Source: Takakia lepidozioides
Lineage: Eukaryota; Plantae; Bryophyta
NCBI GenBank assembly: GCA_030704615.1
Contig: CM060731.1
Span: 43,462,001 to 43,526,000 of the forward strand
Length of the DNA: 64,000 nt
Direction: 5' to 3'
The stretch's first letter is position 1. Every line of letters starts with the position of its first letter. A model generated the notes under the pieces. The model had not been told where the DNA came from. It saw nothing but the letters and a program-made list of their open reading frames with translations, and searched no databases. The position numbers were made by a program, and so were the translations under genes. This document shows, one piece after another, positions 39,144 through 51,150 of the stretch.

Positions 39144-40682
39144 CAGGTTGTTGAAAGTTTCTTTCCTTGGGGGAGTTCATTCATATCGAGACTGGATTGT
39201 AATCATTTAGCATAGTTCAGTCAAGTCTTAACACTGTAGGGTGGTCTCTAAACCGTAAGGGGGGCAGTTGTGAGGTTTACTATTTTACTCCTCTGAGTAG
39301 TATTGTCAGTGAGATGAAAAAGACACTTTTCTCTCTTGCGCCTTTCAAAGGCTGTATGTAAATTTTCCTAGTGAAGTTTTATTCTTGCTTCCTTCCATCA
39401 GCCAGCTTATTTGATGATTTTTTGAAGGTCTTGGAAGTTAAAGAAGAGGCACTCTGGCACCACCTATCTATGGATGGAGGGTTATTGGAAGATGTCTCAG
39501 AGTGGGCTTCTGGAACAACTACATAGTATATGCAAATATCCCCGGAGGAGCACAAAGGGGCAGATGGAGGTGTTATCTTATCATACAACGGTTGAACTTG
39601 AGAATGGTCGTGCATCTGCTTCACTTGTTTTTATTCACTTGACATTGTTTCGAAAATTGGAACTCAATGTAGGGGGATCTTAATGACAGGAAAGAAAGTA
39701 GAAGTAGCTATTTTTTGGTAGGAAATTCACATGACGCACACATTTCATATATTTCACATGATATGTACAGCACTTTGGAATACAAGGTATTTGCAATGTT
39801 TCCTTTATGTAAGCAGTGATAGTGGACAACCTAAAAAAGTACTTGCAACCTGTCTCCTTTTCATAATCGGCTTGTTGTCCATAGCTATATTGACCTCAAC
39901 TTCTAGAACCTCTCTATAGCCCTATTTCTACAACCCTGCATGATCTCTCTACAGGCTTCTACTAAAAATTATCCCTGCATCCCTGTCTCCTCCACTTTTA
40001 GGTTGCTGAATGCCACCGTTGGCGGACCTTTTTTTTTCCTGCTCATGTTGGGGTGCATATTTTTCTATTAGTATCCTTTTTATTATTAGGTCCTTGTTTG
40101 CAATAAGATAAGATCAGATTGTCCTATATTCTTAATGAGTTTTGGAAAGAAATAAACATCCTCCATAAAGCCACAAAGATGAAGACACCGCTTGATACCA
40201 TTTCTCATCTACCCATCTCCTAACATTGTGAGAAACCCCAATGTAAGTATTCTAGGATACCTAGAGCCAAATCTTTTCGAAGGGAAGGGTCTCACCTTTC
40301 CCTATACACAACTGAAGTACTCATGCTAATATGCATCCCAACATGAACAGGAAAAAACGTTTCCAAAGGGTAAACGACATTTAGGATCCTATCTCAAAGT
40401 GGAGGAGCAAAGTACGGGGGTTCTGAGCTTGCATGTGGCCCCACATGGCCATGGTATGTAATCACCACTTCTACATGCATGCAATCGCCATGTAGGACCT
40501 GTATGAACATGAAGCTTCCATATGCATGGATAATTTTTGGTAGCAGAGTAGGAATGGAAATGTTATATATATATATATATGAGACCCCAGCCGCAGCTAG
40601 CTAGCGTAAATAAGAGCCTCTTCCCCTTGGTACTGTCCCCATTTAGGGATGGGCTCTATGTAATCCGTAACCAGTTACGTAG

Positions 40683-41090
40683 CAGCTCATGTGAGCACAC
40701 AGGTCAACTAAATATGGCCAACCTAATTTCTAGCTAATCCACGTTGTAGTCGGCACATACTACAAGGATTCCAAATGTGTGATAATGCAAGAGATCCGGC
40801 AAAACTACCCTTAGGTGTTCAAGTTCAAGAATGTATGTTGGAAAATGATGTTGAGCTCATGTGAGCGTGCCCCTGACCAAGAAAGCATGCATGAGGTACA
40901 AACTCTACCTTAAACAATATTGCAAGTCAACTGAACAATTCCAACCTAGAGATCATCCACGTTGTAGTCGGCACGGACTACATGATGTTATAATGCGACA
41001 GATCCGGCAAAACAAGCATATCGTGTTGAAACGTTAATAAAGACTGTTAGAAAATAACGTTCAGCTAATTTGAGCATGCATGAGGTTCAA
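40683..41090. repeat. Diverged tandem duplication of about 220 bp
   Basis: atccacgttgtagtcggcac and agatccggcaaaac each occur twice. Confidence 0.7.
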
Positions 41091-42556
41091 AGTTTACGCT
41101 GACCGCTTTCAATCTTCTTGCTAAGGATTATAGATGTAAGTGATGTGATAGCTGTGAAGTGCATGGTACTTAGGAGGGGGGTAGTGTATTTTAAAGGTAG
41201 CTTAAGGTTTTCTCTTAGAACATGGCCGTTGTGGCAATGTGGCAATGTGTTCCCTCTCTTACACCAGCTGTGATGGTTGTTAGAGGAGCATTGTGCCATC
41301 CAATGTCCATGTTGGCAAAGAGCCAAAATGAGTGGTTCATATTTTTCACGCTTATACATAATCGATTGGTCTGAGTATCTATCATGGAAAAGTAAATTCT
41401 ATTATATGAATAATGAGGACTGGAGCAAACGAGTTGGTACTAACGATGAGATGGAAAGTCCTTGGACAAGTAGAATACCAAGGCATAGTCTTGCTAGAGA
41501 GTGGCATGGATTGGTAATGCAAGTGCATGGTAGTAGCCAATGGAGTATCGTGTCGTCCGGCGGTCTACTTTGAAACGTACCCGCGTTCATAAGGTTGAAC
41601 CATTTAGATTTAGGGTGTGACAGGAGAAGCTTCCGAAACTGCCAGACGCCTTGGCTATGTCGAGTAACGTGAAGTCCATGAATAATGGGCTGCTTATTCA
41701 ATGGAGGAGAAGCCGTGTGTCTACTTGAGGAGGTTGTAGATCTAACTGAACGGAGAGGGGTCAAAGGGCTGAGTCCCAATAAAGAGAGAAGTTGATGCTG
41801 GAGTATTTGTAAGCACATACTTTGTTTTTTTAAAGGAGAATGAAGTGAAAAAGAAGCACTTGGTCGCTGCAACTTTTTGTAAATACGAACAGCTTTTATT
41901 TATTTTGACTGATGTTTTTGAGTGGGATCTCTTGTTCTCTTAGTAGTATTATGATAACTCAGGAGAAAGAGCACTGAGCTGAGGGAAATAACCATCCTGG
42001 TGATCTTGAATTTAAAACCGGCAATTTGCTGTATTATAATAAATAGATCAAAAGTGCCAAGTGTTCTCATGGAGCAGAGATTTTGTCTGGAATTACGATC
42101 TGGCTCAGTTTATTCTACCTACTGGATTTGCAATGGGGTTTTCTTTGGTCTCAACCAGTGTTGGACTAGTATACCGATAAGAAAATGGTATCAATACTGG
42201 TATGCATACTGGTATGAAGTACCATATAAGTCTGGTATCACCTCAGGCCACTACCTAGCATATACCCGTATTGGCATGGTATCTGCTTCCTAATATTGTG
42301 GACGATACCCTATCAGTCTGGTAGGTGGTTGAAAATTTGGTACTTAATACCAGTACCAGATCCATTTTTGTGAGGAAAACCTAGGTATCAATACTTTGAG
42401 GAACTTGAGGAATGCTTTGAGGAATAAAATCGATGAGAAACATGCTTGTACACGTTTATATGAGAAGTGGGCCTTCCAGTATTTAACATATCATGAGTTT
42501 TTTTTTTATATACCAGACCAGTATTGATAATACCCTGTTATCGATTTCTAAAAACT

Positions 42557-45500
42557 TGTTGTTAGTACATTGTGGTAGTAGATTCAATGTTAACACGGGC
42601 CATATTAATGCCACGTAGATACATTGCTTGTGGATATACAGATGCCACGTAGGTTTTCTTTCAAGTTTCCCGCCTATGGACCTCCAGGTTACTTACCCGC
42701 GTTGTTCTTTTCTGGTGTACTCTTTCTTGCTGATTGTTTTCTGCTATATCTACTTTGGAAGCTGTATAGCATATGTATACACTATAAAAAATAAGCACTC
42801 TTTCATCATAGTGTATTTGGTCTTCTTTTGGCTATGGCATTTACAACAGGTTATGGGCCCACGGGTTGACACAAAAGCTGTACCGTAGGAACTTGTTTGT
42901 CTGATTCTAGTAAAGCCATTCTTAGACTGATTAGCAAGAAAGTGTCAGATGCTTAACAAGAAGTTAAGCTGTAGTTGTCAGATGCTTAACATGAAGTTAA
43001 GCTATAGTTGTTCAATTTTAGTTAGAATTGAGATAGTTTTTCAAGCATAGGTTGATAACTAACTCAATATCTAGATTGGAAGAGATTGTACATCTGTTGC
43101 AAAGATGAGTTCTAAAGAGGACGCAGGCAAAGCGTTTGAGACAGTTGACAAGTTTGTCGGTGAGAACTTCCATTTGTGGAAATTCCACATGAAATTTGTA
43201 TTAGAATCAAGAGATTAATTCACCATTGTTTCTGGTGAAGAGAAGTTGAGTGATACTGCTACTGAAGCGGAGAAGACTGATTGGAAAAGACGTGACATGA
43301 AGGCAATAGTGACAATTTTGCATTCCATCGATCGATCTTATATGAATCAATTGATCAACTGCACCACTTCTGCAGAGATGTGGGAGATGATGAACACGAT
43401 CCATCAGCAGACTGTAGAAGAGAGTATTATGCATTTGCAGGAAAAGTTTTTTAACTGTCGAATGCAAGAAGGAGATTCAGTGTCTTCTTACTACAGTCAG
43501 GTTTCCTCGCTTGGCAAGAAACTAAACGATCTTGGAGAAACGATCAGTCAAAGACAGCTCTTGACTAATCGCTTTCTTCCTCATTCTCCTTCAAGATCTT
43601 CAAGCTAGCCTCTCTCTTAAGCAATCTAGCATGAAAACCATTCAGCGTCTGCTCACTTGTAGGCACACTGTCCCACGCCAAGAGTAATGGTTCATAACTC
43701 TATGGAAGCCCGCATTTGATCTAGGCTTTTTATACAGGGAATGATGATAAGAAGAAGAACAAGAAGCTGTTTACATCTGAAAAAAAAAAAACAATTGAAG
43801 AGAAAAAGAAGGTAACACAGTGCTTCAAGTGTGGAAAATATGGGCATTGGGCTAAAGAGTGCAGCTCTAGTTCTTCGAAGACTGATAGGGAGGTATCCAC
43901 GAGTTAGGTGAACGTGACCGAGATAGATGTTTTTGTTACAATTGCAGAGATTCTAGAGCATCCAGTGTTTGAGAGTCAAGATTTGGGAGAACCAGGTGCT
44001 GAGAAAAAACCAACTTTAACTACTGAGGAGACTGAAAGTGAGGCAAATTATGTTTATCTTACAAGTCACGATGAGGCTTGGTTTGTTGATACTAGAGCAT
44101 CCCAGCACATGACGGATAAGAGATGTTGGTTTAAGTCCTACCGCGTAGTTCAACCTGGAAGCTGGAGCGTCAGAGTAGCAAATGATAACCTAGTCTGGGT
44201 GGCAGGAGTAGGGGACATAGAGATTGTGTCTCTCTTTAATGGTACCTGGCAGAAATACATCATTAAAAACGTTCTTCATGTTCCTGAACTAAGAAAGAAT
44301 CTACTATCAGTTGGTCAGATAACCGACAGAGGAATTGTAGCTGTGTACCACAAGAGCACTTGCTCTATGTTTTCTCCTACCAGAAGATTAGTCATGACAG
44401 GAGTTAAAGATGGTCAGTTGTGGCGCATGCAGTTCAAAGTAGTTCTCCCTACACAGATAACAAATCTAGTAGTTCTAGAGGACGAACGCGATGAACTTGT
44501 GAAAAAGAGAAAAACGCCAGGACCTCCTGCTGAGAGTCTTAGTGTATGGCATGCTAGGCTTGGGCATGTTCACTATGACATGGTGAGAAAGATGAATCTC
44601 GAAAATTTGGTCACAGGCTTGCGTCTCAATAGACAAACATAGAGAAAGTTTTTTGTGAGAGTTGTGCTAGAGGTAAGAGTTGTAGAACACCATTTCCCGT
44701 GAAAGAATAGAGAGAAAAAGGACCATTGCCTGGTGAATTTTATCATGCAGACGTTTGTGGTCCAATGAGCACTACATCTCAAGGAGGAGCTCGTTACTTT
44801 GTATCTTTTAAAGATGATTGCAGTAGTTACAGGTTGTTGTACTGCATCAAGAAAAAATCTGACGTTATGGAATGTTTCAAGAAGATGCAGCAAGAGTCCT
44901 TCAGGTCGACTGGGAATCGAGTCATCAAATTACAGAGTGACAGAGGTGGAGAATTCATAAGCAAAGCTTTTAAGGAGTATCTTGAGACTGAGGGAATTCG
45001 TCAAGAACTCACCACACCCTATTCTCCAGAGTAGAATGGGGTGGCAGAAAGGGACAATCGTACCCTTATGGAAAGTGTGCGCTGCATGCTTCTGGAGAAA
45101 GATATTCCTCTTTGTTTTTGGGGGGAATGTGTATAGACAGCGGCATACCTAATGAATCGTGTTGGAACTAGAACACTGAATGAGATGATACCACTACAGG
45201 CATGGTGTAACAAGAAGCCTGATGTCATACATCTCAAAGTGTTTGGTTGCGATGCATTTGTTCACGTGCCTAAACAGCTTAGAGAGAAGCTTGATCCAAA
45301 GAGCACCAAGTGCATTTTTCTTGGATATTGCACTGAAAGCAAGGGTTATAGACTGTGGGATCCAATTAAATAGAGAATTGTGATTAGCAGAGATGTACTG
45401 TTCAACGAAGGTTTGACGGGCTCTGAATTTGAAGCAGCTCCTACAGTATTGCCCAATGCATCGGAAACAGTGATATTTTGGCATAATTATGACAAAGCTA

Positions 45501-47955
45501 TGGAGAGGTCACAACATTCAGTTGAAGGAGTTTACAATGAAGCTGAAAGAGTCCCTGTCAACACCATTCCAGTGAATGACTTGGTGGTGGAGATGCCACT
45601 TGAAGCTGCTGGTTCTGAAAGCGTCACTGTCAACACCATTCCAGTGAATGACTTGGTGGTGGAGTTGCCACTTGAAGCTGCTGGTTCACTAGGTGAAAGC
45701 AGTAATTCTGAGACTAGCTCTAGCATAGAAAGCAACGCTTCCTTGATGCAGTCAAACAGTGGGAGTACGATTGTAGAGCCAGAAATGTTCTCAAGAGAAA
45801 AACGTTCACGGAATCCTCCAGAGAGGTATGGGGATTGGATTTCTCTGCCAGGAACTTTTACTTCTTTTGCTGGAGCAGTGGGAGTTATTCTTGAAGAGCC
45901 TAAAACATATGAAGAAGCAATTTCTTCTGATCACCGAGAGCAGTGGGAGCAGACAATGTTAGAAGAATACAAATCGCTCTTGGCAAATGAGACCTGGAAG
46001 CTTTGTGAACTACTTGCTGGCAGACAAATAGTCAAAAGTAAATGGGTTTATAGACCCAAACTCAAAGCAGATGGGACCATTGATCGTTATAAGGCCAGGG
46101 TTGTAGCTAAAGGCTATTCGCAAACTCGTGGACTTGATTACGATCAAACGTTTGCTCCAGTAGCAAAATGACTCAATTCGTTCAATCCTATCCATTGCTG
46201 CAGTGGACGATATGGAGCTTATTCAATTTGATGTCAAGAGTGCATTCTTGCATGGAAATCTTGAGGAAGAGATATACATGGAGCAGCCCTTGGGTTTCAT
46301 AAAGGAAGAGGAGTCGAAATTGGTTTGTAAACTGCAAAAAAACATCTACGGCCTTAAGCAGGCATCTAGGGCTTGGAATGTCGAGTTTAACAAATTCTCA
46401 CTACTCATGAGCTTGTATCCACGACAGCACACCCCTGTGTATACGTGAGTCATAACGAGCCAGTTCTGATCATAACGATTTACGTGGATGGTACTTGCAA
46501 GACCAAAACCAAACCGGATCATGTCATCAGTAAGTTGGATAAATTGTTTGGGGCAACGAGTGAACCACCTGATGTGTATATTGGTTTGCACATCACCAGG
46601 GATCAGTCTCGGGGAGTAATCTACATCGACCAAGTTCAGTATATTTTGCAAGTTCTGGCTAAGTTTGGATTTCAGAACGCCAATCCTGTGTGTACGCCAA
46701 TGGACGCAAATGTGCATCTGCAGATGGGGACATCTGATGACAATACTGAAAAGGATTTTCCCTATCTTGAGATCGTGGGGAGCTTAATGTTTGCTATGCT
46801 GGGATCTAGACCAGATCTAGCATATGCAGTGTGTACAGTGGCAAAATTTGCAAATACACCAAAGACCGCTCACTGCAATGCAGTTCGTCGAATTCTTAAG
46901 TATCTGAAGGGAACTGCTCACTACAGATTGTGCTATGTGGCTCATGACAAGCCACAGCAAGCTTTTGCTGATGCTGATCATGCAGGGGATCATGACGATA
47001 GACAATCTCGAAGTGGATGTTTAATTATGCTCAATGGTGGACCTGTCACTTGGATCAACAGGAAGCAACAATGTGTTGCTAGGTCAACAACTGAAGCGGA
47101 ATACATTGCAGCATCGTTGACCAGCACTGAGGTAGTATGGCTTCATCGATTGCTTGAAGATTTGGGTCTTTCTCATCCCGGACCTACATATATATTTGGA
47201 GACAATCAAAGCGCTATCAGGCTAGTGTTCAATCCAGAATTTCACAAACGGACGAAGCACATTGATATTCAATATCATATCATTCGGAATTACCAGGAGC
47301 GGAAGTTGATTCATATGCGCTACATTGGCACCAATGACCAGACGACAGATATTTTGACTAAGGCCTTGATTCCAGAAAAGTTTCAACGTTTTCGGAGCAT
47401 GATGGGCATGATTGGATGATCAATGAGTGGGAGAATGAAAACTATATGTTACCATTGACTCATCAAGGTTATTTTTGTGATCTGAGGTCTGACGTTACTG
47501 CAGAAGTTCCATGATGCAGAGGAGGCTAAAAGCTCAGCATGAGATGTACTCTACTAAAGCAAGCATCAGTTACTTGTTTGTGGTATTAAGCAAGGAGGTT
47601 TTTGCGGAATATTTTGACACCAAGGGAGATATAGTGGGACTTTAGTGAATGGAGTGACTGCCAGAATGAGTGGGAGTGTTGTTAGTACATTGTGGTAGTA
47701 GATTCAATGTTAACACGGGCCATGTTAATGCCACATATATACATTGCTTGTGGACATATAGATGCCACGTAAGTTTCCCACCTATGGACCTCCAGGTTAC
47801 TTACCCACGTTGTTCTTTTCTGGTGTACTCTTTCTTGCTGATTGTTTTCTGCTCTATCTACTTTGGAAGCTGTATAGCATATGTATACACTATCTGAAAT
47901 AAACACTCTTTCATCATATGTATTTGGTCTTCTTTTGGCTATGGCATTTACAACA
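42557..47955 (+). mobile_element. Full-length degenerate Ty1/copia; LTRs 42557-42848 and 47677-47955
   Basis: TG..CA LTR pair, TSD AAACT, PBS GGTTATGGGCCCA at 42849, PPT ATGAGTGGGAG. Confidence 0.97.
43105..47419 (+). pseudogene. Copia gag-pol with several stops and frameshifts
   Basis: CFKCGKYGHWAKEC; WFVDTRASQHM; WHARLGH; HADVCGP, SDRGGEF; RYKARVVAKGYSQ; IYVD; ADADHAGD, KRTKHIDIQYH. Confidence 0.95.
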
Positions 47956-48739
47956 AAACTCTTGCTATTGATACCCGTAAAACACCACAACAATCAGGTA
48001 TTATTGATACCACCATGGTATCCAAATCTCAGATTTTTGTGAATACCAGTAACTCCCTAGTATCACAAGTGGCCGGAGGCCTATATACCAGTACCGGCGT
48101 CGTCTGTTCAAAATACTATACCAGTCCAACACTGGTCTCTACGCATTAAGAATATTGCATCTAGTGGGATTGAGATAGCAAGAATTGACATTATTCATCA
48201 TCAGATATGAGTTTTCGAAACATCATTTTGCACCAAGAAGATATGGAGTTGTAAAGTGATATATATTGGCTGTCATTTTGTGTGATCGTGATCTGTTTTG
48301 GTTTATTCCTGCTAGAGATCTAACCTTTCATTTTGCAAAGCATCATGATAGTACTACAAAAATAGCTTGGAATCAAGAGTGACGGTGAGTTATAGAAGTT
48401 CTAAGCTGTTATTTTTAACACTCTCCTAACATAGAGTAAATATGGAGCAGTAGATTAGTGGGGTGGAGTACTTAGTAGAATGACGATGGTTTAAGCTTAT
48501 GACAAGAGATATGTAACCTGATCGTGGATTGGTCTCTTTGCTTATCAAGAAGAATGTAAAATGTGACGAGGTGCACCATGAATCATGCCAGGGCTGTAGC
48601 GATGTGGATAAAGATGGTTAACTGAGTCAAGTTAGTGATGAAAGGGGTTAGGTGTGAATGAGTGAGGAGCCATGAGATCAATAGGGTATCAAAGATAACA
48701 ATGCGGTGTCTAGGGTGACACGGGGAACGGAAAAAAAAA

Positions 48740-48847
48740 AAAAAAAACTTGTGTGGGATGGGCATCTGTAGAGAAAACATGCTCCGCAGATGCCCTGAAA
48801 TAGTTTGTGGTGCCGCACACTGTTTTCCAGGCATCTGCCAACGAACG

Positions 48848-48882
<35 letters not shown>

Positions 48883-49040
48883 AAACAAAAAACAACCTTA
48901 TGTAGGACGGGTATCTACAGAGAAAACATGCTCCGCAGATGCCCAAAAATAGTGTGCGGTGCCGCACACTGTTTTCCGGGCATCTGCGAGGGAATAATTT
49001 ATTTATTTATTTAAGGGCATCTGCGTGGGAACCTGCCAAA
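48740..49040. repeat. Duplicated unit of about 140 bp with GGGCATCTG...CAGATGCCC inverted motifs and poly-A tracts
   Basis: 48760-48840 versus 48900-48990. Confidence 0.85.
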
Positions 49041-49118
49041 AGTGCATTCGCTCGGCTCACAGGCTCACGAGATAGACGCAAATACCGGAGTGTTGTAACT
49101 AAAGATGAATAGGCAATA

Positions 49119-49430
49119 TTGCAGGCAAGGGTGACATCTATCATGGAAGTCCCCCCCCCCCTGGATTTGGTCGTGAGTACACAATGGTTATCCGGTTCGC
49201 TTCTTCAAGATAAGACGTTTCAGGTTACAATTGGCACTTGTCTGGACTGCATTTGCCCGGATTTCATTTGCATGCGTGAGGGCAGCCTAGGAAAGAAGAA
49301 GAAGTGGGTTCTTTGCAAGCGCTTATACTACATTTTTGTGCGCATGATATGTTGTGACCCCAAAAGATACTAGTACATCCACCAGGCCACGCTATCACTT
49401 GGTGAAGTCCATACTCTTCTGCAACATGAC
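49119..49430 (+). pseudogene. SWIM zinc-finger fragment homologous to 13960-14310
   Basis: FQVTIG..DCICPDF...LCKRLYYIF...YIHQATLSLGEVHTLL versus YTITIG..TCNCTDF...PCKHLYYIY...FIHAPALSVNELHKLL. Confidence 0.85.
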
Positions 49431-49879
49431 AGGTCCGAGACCGGTTAAGTAGTAGGTGTACTGCTTGTCTGCATTTCATACTATTTGCGGAAATTGAGTA
49501 ACAATGAAGCAATAACATAGTGGTGCTTAAGTACATGTCTTCATTCAATCACTCACTCATGTGCCGGTCCTATGCAACTCATGTAATACATGGTGATATT
49601 CTATCATTGCATAGGCATGGATTGTGCTGTCGTTCGTTTCCCAAAAGTGCTCTTGGATTCTTTTATTGTGTTGTGCAGTTGAAGGTAGTGTTGGCTATTC
49701 CAACGGAATATGCTCCCGTTCTCAGGTCCTCGGGAATAGGTGCTGTTTCCAATACACCCTAGACCCTGGGTTCATGCTTACCAAGCGTGAGCCTAGGCTC
49801 ACGCTTATTGCGCTAAACGTGAGCCCAGCTACCAGGCTAATGGGGCTGGGCTCATGACCTAGCTGCCCTCAGAGTTGTG

Positions 49880-51150
49880 CAGCAGATTGTACCATAGCTG
49901 GAGGAATGAATCTGTTATGATTCCAGAGGAGTTTATCTGTATTATTCACGACAAAATGGATCATAGGAAAAAAACTATTCCAATGCTACAGACTCCAAAC
50001 TAGATGATATCGGGATTGGGTCAGCTGCTTGTCTCACTAACGAGAATGGTCACGCACGGACACGGTGATGGAGCTTACGGTCAGTTCTCTCTTGAGTTCT
50101 GGAAGGGAAATTCAAACTTTACAATTGGGTCTTTGGCTCATTGCCTACGCCAGCTGGAAAAGCCAACCTGTCGCAAGTCTAGGAACATTTTAGATTATGA
50201 ACTTCAAAATGAGTTTTTCGAATCACTCTTAAGAAGTAAATCAAGATGTTTGGATGCTCTGAAACCCTGTAGGCCGGAAGACAAACGGGGTACTCGTCCA
50301 CTTCTAAGAAGATTCTACTTACAAATGGACAACTCCGCGAAGGACAATAAGAACAGATGGATGCTTGCTTTTTTATCCCTCCTCACTGCCAAAGATGTTT
50401 TTGAAGAGATCCAGCTAGGGTTTCTCATGGTCGGCCACACCCATGAAGATATCGACGGTTTCTTCAGCTATCTTTCGACATTCTTTCGGATTTCATGAGG
50501 TCATTCATGATCTCACAAGATCTGCAGTTCATTCCACAGATTATTCAGGAGGTTCCCGACTTCAAGAAGTTCATAAAGGGCTGTATTCTGGATGGAAAGG
50601 AGGCATTGGTCGGGATTTCAGAGATGCACGTGTTTCGTTTTTTTTAAGGATGCAGAGGGTTGGCCTGTCATGAAGTACAAGAAGTCAGCTACTGATTCGG
50701 ATTGGTTTCCAAACAACACCAGCGTGAAGATGTGGAAGTCAAATCCTGACGGGACACCCAAGCTCCCTGAAGGAGACCCAGACGTCGTTCCACGAGACCA
50801 ATCTGGGGAGTCGGAGACGACTCCTCCAACAAACAGTCATTCATAGAAAATAGAATTAAAAAATACAGGGATTTTTGGACGAAATGAATTTTGCTTGATG
50901 ATCATTACAGAGGTCTAATGGAACAATACAACCAATACTGGGGAAACATTCTCGCCAAACTGGATAAGCCAATGCCAGAAACTCCCGAGCATGTTCAGCT
51001 GGCGCTTGAGGGATTCTGGCCAAAAACAAAATGGTCGACGAATCATCGGAGAGATGACATCCAACCATAGATAGTGCATGATATGGAAAAAAAAGATGAA
51101 ATCCCAAAACCTTACTGTGGCCTGAGGTGTGAACGTCCAAGGATACCCAA
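49880..51150 (+). pseudogene. Degenerate DDE transposase (resembles DUF7869-type proteins)
   Basis: IIHDKMDH; FYLQMDNSAKDNKN; FLMVGHTHEDIDGFFS. Confidence 0.8.

Larger units (their letters stand above)
42156..48134. mobile_element. hAT-type MITE split by the Copia insertion
   Basis: TIR CAGTGTTGGACT...AGTCCAACACTG; TSD gtctcaac/gtctctac; TGGTAT/ATACCA subterminal motifs. Confidence 0.85.

Noticed and set aside
40190-40200. Reverse PBS-like TGATACCA
   Set aside because: No adjacent LTR boundary or internal domains
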